Source: an uncultured bacterium
GTDB lineage: Bacteria; Krumholzibacteriota; Krumholzibacteriia; JACNKJ01
Assembly: GCA_963695095.1 (NCBI GenBank)
Contig: CAVOFT010000001.1
Span: forward strand, 3,051,849 to 3,115,848
Length of the DNA stretch: 64,000 nt
Direction of reading: 5' to 3'
The notes below the pieces were generated by a model. That model was not told the DNA's origin. It was given only the letters and a program-made list of their open reading frames with translations, and did no database searches. Position 1 is the first letter of the stretch; the number at the start of each line of letters is the position of its first letter. The position numbers and the translations under genes are program-made. Below, in pieces: positions 10,637-19,533 of this stretch.

Positions 10637-12070
10637 TCAGGGCAGCAGTTGATCGGCCAGCGCGTTGATGTACTCCTCGATGGCCGTGTAGCCCGAGGGC
10701 ATCAGCGTGGCGTGATCGCTGCCGTCCGTGGGATCAAGGCCGTGGCTTCGCTCCCAGGCGTCGGCCATGCCGTCGTCATCGCCGTCGGGCGGCGGCGTGC
10801 CGGGCGTCAGGCCCGCCATGAGGTCGGCGGGAATGCGCGCGCCCCACTCGCCGGTGCGCTGCTCGGTCTCCGCGACGGCCGTGAGGGTGACGATGTCGCG
10901 CGGCCAGGCGCCGGCCTGCTCGAGCACTGCCGCGTAGGCGGCCTGGGGCGTTTGCGTGGTGATCGGAATGTAGTCGGGATAGGCAGCCGCGAAGTCGTGC
11001 TCGCGCGTCGCGCGGTACTCCTCGCCCTTGCCCAGGCTGCCGTAGACGTCGAGGAAGAGCGCGTCGGCCCAGGGATCGGCGACGATGCCGAGATAGTCGC
11101 CGGGGTCGTCCACGAAGTTGTCGGCGATGGCGTAGGCCAGTCCCTCGCCCGGCGTGTCGTCGAGCGCGAAGGGCTTGGCGCTGCCGTCGGGCCCCTGCTT
11201 GTAGGTGTTGCCGACGATGTTGAACTGCCCGGAGGGCGGGTTGTGGTGCGTGAACCCGCGGTGGAAGTTGTAGACGACGTTGTTCTTCACCTCCACCGGT
11301 CCCCGCGCGCAGGCGGGATTGCGCGTGCTGTGATGGGCGAAGAGGTTGTGATGCAGGCTCACGCGCGGCCGGTTCGACAGCAGCCCGTAGTTGTGCTGGC
11401 CTTCGGGATGCCCCTCGATCGCGGACATGGAGAGCGTCGACCACTGCACGGTGATGTCCGTCACGGTGAAGATGCCCATCGTCTCGTCCACGGCGAAGGC
11501 GGCCGAAACGTGGTCGAAGATCGCCAGGCCGCTTTCGACGAGCTGGATGCCGTCATAGGAGCCGCCGCCCTCGCCCGCGAAGGCAGGGCGGATGCGCAGG
11601 TGGCGGACGATGAGGTTGTTCGCCGCGTCGGCGCCGTAGAGCCGACCCCTGATCGTGATGCCGGCGCCCGGCGCGGTCTGGCCGGCGATCGTCAGGTCGC
11701 CGTGCCGGATCCGGATCGGGTCCGCCTCGATCACGCCCGACACCGCGAACACGACGATGCGCGGCTCGCCCTGGTCCAGCGCCTCCTGCAGGCTGCCGGG
11801 GCCGGAGGCAGCCAGGGTCGTCACCTTGATCACCCGGCCGCCGCGGCCGCCGGTGGCCTGGGCGCCGAAGCCCTCGGCGCCGGGAAAGGCCAGCACGGGC
11901 TGCGGGTCCTCGTCGCCCGGGTCGGAGGGGCCGACGGGATCGCGGGTGTCCCGGTCGCAGCCGGCGCCGAAGCCGAGCAGCGCAAGCAGGCCGAGGCGGA
12001 CGAGCAGCGCGGCAAGACTGCCGGCAAGAGGGCCCGGCGATGGCGTGGCGGCGAGATGGCGTGGACGCAT
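10637..12070 (-). CDS. Pectate lyase (PL1-like) lipoprotein
   Basis: An intact 477-aa ORF with a lipobox (LLGFGAGC). It carries the pectate-lyase signature AFPGAEGFGAQATGGRGGRVIKVTTL..IVFAVSGVI, beta-helix repeats and an Asp-rich C-terminal tail. Confidence 0.8.
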   Translation of the reverse strand: MRPRHLAATPSPGPLAGSLAALLVRLGLLALLGFGAGCDRDTRDPVGPSDPGDEDPQPVLAFPGAEGFGAQATGGRGGRVIKVTTLAASGPGSLQEALDQGEPRIVVFAVSGVIEADPIRIRHGDLTIAGQTAPGAGITIRGRLYGADAANNLIVRHLRIRPAFAGEGGGSYDGIQLVESGLAIFDHVSAAFAVDETMGIFTVTDITVQWSTLSMSAIEGHPEGQHNYGLLSNRPRVSLHHNLFAHHSTRNPACARGPVEVKNNVVYNFHRGFTHHNPPSGQFNIVGNTYKQGPDGSAKPFALDDTPGEGLAYAIADNFVDDPGDYLGIVADPWADALFLDVYGSLGKGEEYRATREHDFAAAYPDYIPITTQTPQAAYAAVLEQAGAWPRDIVTLTAVAETEQRTGEWGARIPADLMAGLTPGTPPPDGDDDGMADAWERSHGLDPTDGSDHATLMPSGYTAIEEYINALADQLLP

Positions 12071-12213
12071 GGGGCACCTCGGGCTTGCGCGGACTTCCTC
12101 AGGCGATCGGGGGCATGCCGAGTGTGCAACGGGCGTGCCGGGGCGGCAAGCATTGCCTGTCCTCCCCCGTCAAAGGCGTTGTCGGACGGCGGACTTTGCC
12201 GCAGTATCGGCGC

Positions 12214-13643
12214 ATGGAATTAGGCGCGCAAACCGCAATCCGCGAGCTGTACCGGCGCCGCTTCGGCGCTGCCGTCGAGGGATCGACGCCCCTGCACGGC
12301 GACGCCTCCGGCCGGCGCCTCCTGCGCCTTCGCGGCGCGGCCGGCACGGCCATCGGCGTTCATGGCCCGGATCCCCTCGAGAACCGGGCCTTCCTCTCCT
12401 TCTCGCGGAGCTTCCGCGCCGCCGGCCTGCCCGTGCCCGAGATCTACGGCGAGGACGAAGCAGCCGGCGTCTACCTGGAAGAGGACCTCGGCGACGCCAC
12501 GCTCTTCGAGGTCCTCAGCGCCGGGCGCCAGGGCTCCGCGCCGGATGCCCAGGCGGTCGCCGTCTATCGCGAGGCGCTGCGTCTGTTGCCGCGCTTCCAG
12601 ATCGAGGCGGGGCGCAGCATCGACTACGCCGTCTGCTACCCGCGGGCCAGCTTCGATCGCCAGTCGATGCACTGGGATCTCAACTACTTCAAGTACTACT
12701 TCCTGCGCCTGGCCGGCATCCCCTTCAGCGAACAGGCCCTGGAGGACGACTTCGCCCGCTTCGCCGAGCTGCTGCTCAGCGCGCCGCGCGAGCACTTCCT
12801 CTACCGCGACTTCCAGTCGCGCAACATCATGGTCCGCGACGGCAAGCCCTGGTTCATCGACTACCAGGGCGGCCGGCGCGGAGCGCTCCAGTACGACGTG
12901 GCCTCGATCCTCTACGACGCCAAGGCCGACCTGCCCTTCGACCTGCGCGACGCGCTGCTCGCGGAGTACCTGGCGGCCGCCGCTGCGCTGGCGCCGCTCG
13001 ACCGCGGCGCCTTCCTCGCGCTCTACCCGCTCTTCGCCTACGTGCGCATCTTCCAGGCGCTGGGCGCCTACGGCCTGCGCGGCTACTACGAGCGCAAGAC
13101 GCGCTTCCTGCAGAGCATCCCCTACGCGATCCGCAATCTCGAGCGGCTCTCGCTCGAGTCACCGCTGCCGGCCGAGCTGCCCGCCCTGGGCGAGGTCGTG
13201 CGCCGGCTCGTCGGCTCCTCGGCGCTGCGGCAGATCGGAGGCGCCTCGCTGGAGCTGACCGTGCGCGTGGCGAGCTTCGCCTACCGCGACGGCCTGCCCG
13301 AGGATCTCGCCGGCCACGGCGGCGGCTGGGTCTTCGACTGCCGCTTCCTGCCGAACCCCGGACGCGAGTCGCGCTTCGCCGCCCTCACCGGGCGCGACGC
13401 GGCCGTCGCCGCCTTCCTCGACGCCGAGCCGGCCGCGCAGACCTTCCTGGCCCGGGTCTGCGCGCTGGTCGACGACGCGGTGGACAACTACCGCGGCCGC
13501 AACTTCACGGACCTCAGCGTCGCCTTCGGCTGCACCGGCGGCCAGCACCGCTCGGTGTACTGCGCGGAGCGCCTGGCCGCGCATCTGCGAGGCGCGGGGC
13601 GTGGCGGTGGCGCTCAGCCATCGCGAGCTCGGGGAGACCTCGT
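12214..13643 (+). CDS. amgK: AmgK-like anomeric MurNAc/GlcNAc kinase (APH fold) fused to a RapZ (YhbJ) C-terminal-like domain, with one indel near the C-terminus
   Basis: The N-terminal ~330 aa are phosphotransferase-family (YRDFQSRNIMV, FIDYQGG, YDVASIL). The C-terminal ~140 aa match the RapZ CTD (FDCRFLPNPGRESRFAALTGRDAAVAAFLD ... VAFGCTGGQHRSVYCAERLAAHL). The last ~15 aa continue in another frame and end in TGA overlapping the GTG of murU. Confidence 0.7.
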
Positions 13644-14379
13644 GAAGGCGATGGTCTTCGCGGCCGGCCTCGGCACGCGGCTGCGGCCGCTCACCGATAG
13701 CGTTCCAAAGGCCTTGATCGAGGTCGGCGGGCGGCCGCTGCATCGAGATCGTCCTCGCGCGGCTCGATCGCGCGGGCGTCGACGCGGCGGTGGTCAACGT
13801 CCACCATCTGCCGGAGCAGATCGAGGCCTGGCTCGCGGGCGCGCGCCTCGGCCTGCCGGTCGCGCTCTCGCGCGAGACGGAGCTGCTCGACACGGGCGGC
13901 GGGCTCAAGCACGCGGCGCCCCTGCTCGCGGGCGGCGGAGCCCTTCTTCATCCACAACGTGGATGTGCTGAGCGCGATCGACCTCGGCGCGCTGATGGCG
14001 CAGCACCGTGCGAGCGGCGCCCTGGCGACGCTGGCCGTGCAGCCGCGCACGAGCGGCCGCGGCCTGCTCTTCGACGCCGAGGGGCGCCTGGTCGGCTGGG
14101 AGGAATCACCCGGCGGCCGGCGCAAATGGGCCGGACGCGCCGTGCCGGGCGCCGAGCGCCTCGCCTTCTGCGGCATCCACGCGGCGGGCCCCGCGCTCCT
14201 GGGTCGCCTGAGCGAGACGGGCGCCTTCCCCATCGTGGACGCCTACCTGCGCCTGGCCGGCGAGGGCGCGGACATTCGCGCCTTCCGCGCCGACGGCGTC
14301 TTCTGGGCCGATGTCGGCAACGCCGAGAAGCTCGGCGGCCGTGCGCAAGCTGGCCGCGGAGGGGCGACTGCCGGACTAG
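13640..14379 (+). CDS. murU: MurU-like MurNAc-alpha-1-P uridylyltransferase (sugar-1-phosphate nucleotidyltransferase), with two frame switches
   Basis: The start reads VKAMVFAAGLGTRLRPLTD..., with a GTGA start/stop overlap to amgK. The NTP-transferase fold spans ORFs 12040..13971, 13790..14530 and 13959..14441. The C-terminus ends at TAG ~14379. Confidence 0.65.
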
Positions 14380-14436
14380 CGCCCGCTCCGAACCCTTGTC
14401 AGCCAATCGCAGCCGTGATAGGGTTGCCGACAAGGC

Positions 14437-15437
14437 GCTGATCAATCGAGGACGCCCGCCGGCGGGCCTACCTAGCCGTCAACACCGAGCTCGTCGGGCT
14501 GTACTGACAGCTCGGCGAGACCATCAGTAGGAAGATCGCGGCGGCCCAATGGGGAGAGGGCGTCGTCGATGCGCTCGCGGCGGCGATCGGTCGCCAGTAC
14601 CCCGGGCTGCGGGGCTTCACGCGGCGTAACCTGTTCCGGATGCGGCAGTTCTACGAGGCTTATCGGGGCGACAAGAAAGTGTCAGCACTGCTGACACAAT
14701 TGCCGTGGACCCATCATTTGCTGATCCTCGGCCGGACAACGCACCGGGAGGAGCGGCTTTTCTACCTTCTCGCCTCCATCAAGAACCATTGGTCGTCCCG
14801 GGAGCTCGAGCGACAGATCCGCAGCGGCGCCGCAGTCCGCAGTGAGCTGGGCCCCGAAACAGTCTCACCAGCGATGGCGCAATCGCACCCGGCGGCGGCC
14901 GAGGAGTTCAAGAACGCCTACAGCCTCGAATTCCTCGGCCTCCGGGATGGCCACTCCGAGGCCGACCTGCACAGCGCGCTGCTGAAGAACCTCGGGCGTT
15001 TCATCACCGAGCTCGGCCGCGACTTCTGCTTCGTCGGCTCGGAGTACCCCATCCAGGTGGGAAACCGGGACTTCGCCATCGACCTCGTCTTCTTTCACCG
15101 CGCCCTCGCCTGCCTCGTGGCCTGCGAACTCAAGACCCGCGAGTTCCAGCCCGAGGATCTCGGCAAGCTCGGCTTCCACCTGGAAGCGCTCGATCGGAAC
15201 GTGAAGAAGTCGCACGAGCGGCCCTCGATCGGCATTCTGCTGTGTGCGAGCAAGGACAGCCAGGTCGTCGAATACGCCCTCGCTCGCAGCGCATCGCCAG
15301 CACTCGTGGCCGAGTACAAGGCAGTTCTGCCGCCCAAAGAGGTCCTGCGCAGCAAGCTGCAGGAGCTCTACGCCCAGCTGGCGCCAATGCAATCGCCAAA
15401 GAAGCGGGTGCCCCGCCTCAGGCGAAGCGGAAGATGA
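14437..15437 (+). pseudogene. DUF1016/YhcG-family PD-(D/E)XK nuclease remnant (5'-truncated, in-frame TGA)
   Basis: It matches DUF1016 from AYLAVNTELVGLY*QLGETI, where TGA sits at the position of the family's conserved Trp. The PD-(D/E)XK motif is present: IDLVFF..ACLVACELK. The N-terminal ~60 aa of the family are missing. Confidence 0.7.
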
Positions 15438-16782
15438 GCGGGAACACCACCACCACGATGAGCGCCCAGAGAGCGAAGACGGGCAGGTAGCCTGTCTGCC
15501 AGCGCTCGAGCGCGCCGAAGGGCACCCGCCCGCGCAGGAAGCGCGCGTAGAGCCAGGCCGACCAGCCCAGGTTGACGAGCAGGATTAGATTCTCGCCCAG
15601 CGCCGCCGTGCGATTCGGCGTGAAGCCGAAGTCCGAGATCCGGGCCGCGATGGCCGCCAGGGCCACGAGGTCGACGACGAGCGCGCTCAGGACGAGGGTG
15701 AGCTGGAGGAGATCGAAGGGGCCGGGCGGCGCGTGCGGATCGCGCGCGGAAGCCGAGTAGAGCAGGAGGCCGAGCACGACCACGAGCAGCAGGTCGAAGC
15801 CGATCAGCACCTCGCGCTGGACGTCGATGCCGCGATTGGTCCAGATCATCGTCGCCAGGATACACCACGAGGAACAGCGTGAAGAGCGGCGTGAAGATCC
15901 GCGTGAGCACGGGCGCCATGTTCTCGATCACGCCCTGCTTCACCTCGACGAGCCAGGCGGCGACGAGCACGGCGCCCGTCGCGCCGCAGGGCACCAGCCA
16001 CTGCGAGATGAAGCGCTTCCGCGTCGAGGCCGATGGCCTGGAACATCGCCGCCGTGAAGGCCGCCAGCACGCCGCCGCCGAGCGCGATGAGCACGTAGTA
16101 GATGAACAGCTCGCCCGAGAAGCGGATGAAGTGCATCCGCTCGTCATGGTCGCGCCAGCGCAGGCCGACGTAGGCCAGGCCCACCACCAGCCAGAGCGCG
16201 ATGGGCAGGTGGATCGCCGCCAGGGCGAAGGTGTGGTCCGTCTCCTGAAATGGATAGAGGTTCACCACCAGGGCGGTCGCGGCGAAGGGAACGAGCAGGC
16301 GCAGGAAGCTCGCGGCGCCCAGGCCCCGCTTCCAGGCCAGATAGGCGGCCAGAAACGGCAGCACGAAGAAGGCCAGGTTGCGGATGTAGAAGACCGGCGC
16401 CTCGCTCGCGATGGAGACGCCGAAGAGCTCCGGGACCTTGATCGCCGCAGCGGCCGCCGCGGCCAGCGCCAGGACGACGGGCCGCTTCGCTGCGCAGCGG
16501 CTTCGCGCCGGAGCCGTCCCCACCGAGCACGAGCTGCCGCCACAGCCGATCCGAGTGCTCCCGGGCGAATTCGCGGGACAGGGCGTTCAGGCTGCCGATC
16601 CGCTTCACCGCGACCAGGAAGGCTTCGTCGCCGTCCAGGCCCGCGGCGCTGAGCGCCTCGATCTGATCGCGCAGATGGCCCTCGAGCTCCTCGACGTCGG
16701 GGCCCGCGATCGCCTTGCCTCGCGCCACGAAGGCCCGCCACTCGGCGATCTGGCCTTCGAGCCGCTCAGTGTCCATGGTCAT
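15418..16782 (-). CDS. PadR-associated multi-TM membrane protein (permease-prefix-like N-terminal domain), with two frame switches
   Basis: MTMDTERLEGQIAEWRAFVARG... has a cytoplasmic N-terminus followed by ~10 TM helices, spread over ORFs 16144..16962, 15846..16523 and 15418..15849. ATGA overlaps the PadR stop. Confidence 0.5.
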
Positions 16783-17156
16783 TCGCTCAGCATCCTTGGG
16801 GCGAGGGGTGGGAGCGCGATCCGCAGGGTCAGGAGCGACCAGACCTTGCGCAGCGCGTCGTCGACGGCCTGCCACTGCTGGCGCTCCCTGGCGAGCTGCG
16901 CTCTGCCCTGGGGGGTGATGCGGTAGACCTTGCGCTTCCGCCCGGTCTCCGACTGCTGCCACTTCCCGGCGATGTAGCCCAGCCGTTCGAGCCGGTGCAG
17001 CACCGGGTAGAGCATGCCGTCGCTCCAGGCCAGCTGCCCGCCCGAGAGTTCGCTGACGCGCTTCAGGATGGCATAGCCGTAGCTGTCATGCTCGGCGAGG
17101 ATCGCGAGCACGAGGGGAGTGGCCGAAGCGGCGACGAGGTCCTTGTTGATGTCCAT
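16779..17156 (-). CDS. PadR family transcriptional regulator
   Basis: MDINKDLVAASATPLVLAILAEHDSYGYAILKRV...GMLYPVLHRLERLGYI...KVYRITPQG is a canonical PadR winged HTH. It is intact. Confidence 0.85.
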   Translation of the reverse strand: MDINKDLVAASATPLVLAILAEHDSYGYAILKRVSELSGGQLAWSDGMLYPVLHRLERLGYIAGKWQQSETGRKRKVYRITPQGRAQLARERQQWQAVDDALRKVWSLLTLRIALPPLAPRMLSE

Positions 17157-17358
17157 ACCTTGCGGCATTATACATAGCGCTGCTAGGTATGTCCAGGGGA
17201 ATTGTCGGAGTTCGGGAAGGGGAAGGCTGTCCGCACCAGCGCGCAAGCAAAGACCTCCGCCGCCGGCTGGCGAAGGAGGCCTTCATCGCGTGATCGTAGC
17301 GCCGCCGAAGGCCAGCCTTCGCGACCGAACCGCGCGGCGATCGAATCCAAGGATAATC

Positions 17359-17433
17359 GGCTCCCCGGGAAGGACTTGAACCTTCAACCCTGCGGTTAAC
17401 AGCCGCATGCTCTGCCAATTGAGCTACCGAGGA
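17359..17433 (-). tRNA. tRNA-Asn (anticodon GTT)
   Basis: The reverse complement folds as a cloverleaf. The acceptor is TCCTCGG/CCGGGGA. The D-arm is GCTC-AATTGGCA-GAGC. The anticodon stem is TGCGG/CCGCA with loop CTGTTAA. The T-arm is GAAGG-TTCAAGT-CCTTC. The discriminator is G. CCA is not encoded. Confidence 0.85.
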
Positions 17434-17611
17434 AAATCGCCACCCAGGATAGGGCCGGCGGCGGCGCCTGTCAAGACGGCCGCCCGGGTCGCATCCCCGA
17501 CCGCTGCGCGCCGCGCCCGCCCGGAATCGCTCGGCAGTCGCCGGGATCTTCGCTATACTTGCAGCATGGATTCCGGGGGCGGGATGCTCGGGTCCCGAGG
17601 CGAAGGGGGCG

Positions 17612-19423
17612 ATGATGGGAAGCGAATCCTGGCTGCGGCGGATCACCTGGACAGTTGCCTTGCTGCTCCTTTCCCTGCCGCTCCTTGGCAGCGACTGCGA
17701 CGAAACCTCGACATCCGGCCCCGAGATCGTCGGCGATCCCGTGTCGATCGCGCCCTTCGATGTCCTGCGCCATGCGTCCAGCCTCTACGGCCTCTGGCAC
17801 GGGGAGGCGTTCAGCTTGGCGGTGGGCAGCCAGGGCCGGGCGTTCATCCTCACCGAGGGCCGCCGCTTCCGTCTGCCGACGGGCAGCACCTCCTGGCTGC
17901 GCGGCGCGCACTACTTCGGCGATCTGCACGGCGCCCTGCTCGTGGGCGAGAGCGTCGGCGCGGACCCCGCGCCCGTCATCCTGCACTACCGCTGGGGCGT
18001 GCGGAATCGTGTGCAGGCCGCCTGGACCGGCGATGCCCGCTGCATCCTCGGCTACGCCAATACCGTGGCGGAGGTGGGCATCGGCGACACGACCTGGGAC
18101 TACGACGGCTTCGACTGGACACCGGGCCCGCTCAGCTACGGAGTGGATATCTACGACCTCGGGCCCTTCGACCTCCGCGCCTGTGCGGACGGCATCTACA
18201 AGGCCGACTGCCCGAACGCCCCCTGCTACGTCCATGCGACGACGGTGCCCGTCACCGGAATGAGCGGTCTGGACGACGATCGCGTGATGGCCGTCGCTGG
18301 GGAGGAGATCCTGCGCACGGACGACGGCCTGCACTTCGCAACCGCGTTCAGCCCCGGCTTTCACCTCAACGACATCAGCTGGGCCGCCACGGACTGGGCC
18401 GTGGCCGTGGGCAACGAGGGGATCACCTGCGTCTACAACGGCGACAGCTGGCAGATCCTCCAGGCCGACACCGACGCGGATCTGAAGGCGGTCTGCGCCT
18501 GGCAGGAGAACGGCGCCCCGCGTGCGCTCGCCGTGGGCGGCCACGGCGCCGAGTATCGCTTTGAAAACGGCGGCTGGACCGGCGAGCAGTACGCTGCCGA
18601 GAGCTGGAGCGACGTGATGGGCGATCCGCAGTCCACGCTGTTCGGCATCCTCGGCGGCCGGCTGATGCGCTACGACGGGGACTGGCACGCCGAGCCGGCC
18701 ACGGGCGCGATCGAGCTGACGCAGCTCTGCTGCCTTGCGGCGGACTCCGTCTGGGCCATCGGCAGGCAGGGCATGGACAGCTTCCTCGCGCGCTTCAACG
18801 GCGCGGCCTGGCAGACACAGTGGCTCGCCTCGATGGAAACGGCTCGCGATCTCTGGGTGGCGGATGTCGGCAACATCTTCGTCGCCTGTGACTACGGCAC
18901 CGTCTTCAGCAGCGCGGGCCACTGGGTGCCGGAAATCGCCGTCCAGCCCCCGCAGCACCTGCGCGGGATCTGGGGCGCCTCGGCCCAGTCGGTCTACGTG
19001 GTTGGAGAGAACGGGACCATCGCCCACTACGACGGCCTCGACTGGTCGCCCATGGCCAGCGGGACCGGCGTCCATCTGAACGCGATCTGCGGCAGCGGCG
19101 ACGAGCACATCGTCGCCGTGGGCGACGACGCCACGGTCCTGCGCTTCGACGGCGAGGACTGGTTGCCGATGGCCGTGAGCGCCACGGGCGATCTCACCCT
19201 GGTCTGGACGGACGGACCCGACAACATCTGGCTCGGCTCGGCCGCGGACGAGCTGCATCACTACAATGGCGCAGTCTGGCAGCACCTGACGACGGGCTTC
19301 CCCGAGAACGCGAGCATGGGGCTCTGGGGACGAGACGAGGACCTGTGGATCGTGGGCCAGGGGGATCTCGTGCTCGAGTACCTTTCGCCTGAGGAGTTGC
19401 CGAGCGCGCTCGACAGGTTCTAG
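17612..19423 (+). CDS. Secreted lipoprotein with repeated beta-propeller-like blades
   Basis: A 603-aa intact ORF with signal peptide LLLLSLPLLGSDC. It has more than 6 repeats of a motif like VYVVGENGTIAHYDGLDW / IVAVGDDATVLRFDGEDW. Confidence 0.6.
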   Translation: MMGSESWLRRITWTVALLLLSLPLLGSDCDETSTSGPEIVGDPVSIAPFDVLRHASSLYGLWHGEAFSLAVGSQGRAFILTEGRRFRLPTGSTSWLRGAHYFGDLHGALLVGESVGADPAPVILHYRWGVRNRVQAAWTGDARCILGYANTVAEVGIGDTTWDYDGFDWTPGPLSYGVDIYDLGPFDLRACADGIYKADCPNAPCYVHATTVPVTGMSGLDDDRVMAVAGEEILRTDDGLHFATAFSPGFHLNDISWAATDWAVAVGNEGITCVYNGDSWQILQADTDADLKAVCAWQENGAPRALAVGGHGAEYRFENGGWTGEQYAAESWSDVMGDPQSTLFGILGGRLMRYDGDWHAEPATGAIELTQLCCLAADSVWAIGRQGMDSFLARFNGAAWQTQWLASMETARDLWVADVGNIFVACDYGTVFSSAGHWVPEIAVQPPQHLRGIWGASAQSVYVVGENGTIAHYDGLDWSPMASGTGVHLNAICGSGDEHIVAVGDDATVLRFDGEDWLPMAVSATGDLTLVWTDGPDNIWLGSAADELHHYNGAVWQHLTTGFPENASMGLWGRDEDLWIVGQGDLVLEYLSPEELPSALDRF

Positions 19424-19433
19424 CTCGAGGCTC

Positions 19434-19461
19434 TTGCCAGCCGGCCGAATCCGAGTACACT
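19434..19461 (+). promoter_or_regulatory. Putative sigma70 promoter of the pepF-like gene
   Basis: TTGCCA, a 16-nt spacer, then TACACT. It lies ~75 nt upstream of the ATG, which has a GGGAAAGGA RBS. Confidence 0.3.
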
Positions 19462-19533
19462 GCCTCCGTTGCGCTCGCCTGGCCGACCGCGCCTCCCGCG
19501 CGCGGCGCCATCACACGAGGGAAAGGAACACCG

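Noticed and set aside
10568-12223. A 551-aa plus-strand ORF across the pectate lyase locus
   Set aside because: Low-complexity R/G/A-rich translation. The minus-strand frame encodes an intact, recognisable PL1 pectate lyase with a lipoprotein signal.
14650-14660. TGA recoding (Trp or selenocysteine) in the DUF1016 gene
   Set aside because: The lineage is ~70% GC, and all other genes use TGA as stop, including in overlapping TGA/ATG junctions. A TGG to TGA point change in an already 5'-truncated gene is the simpler explanation.
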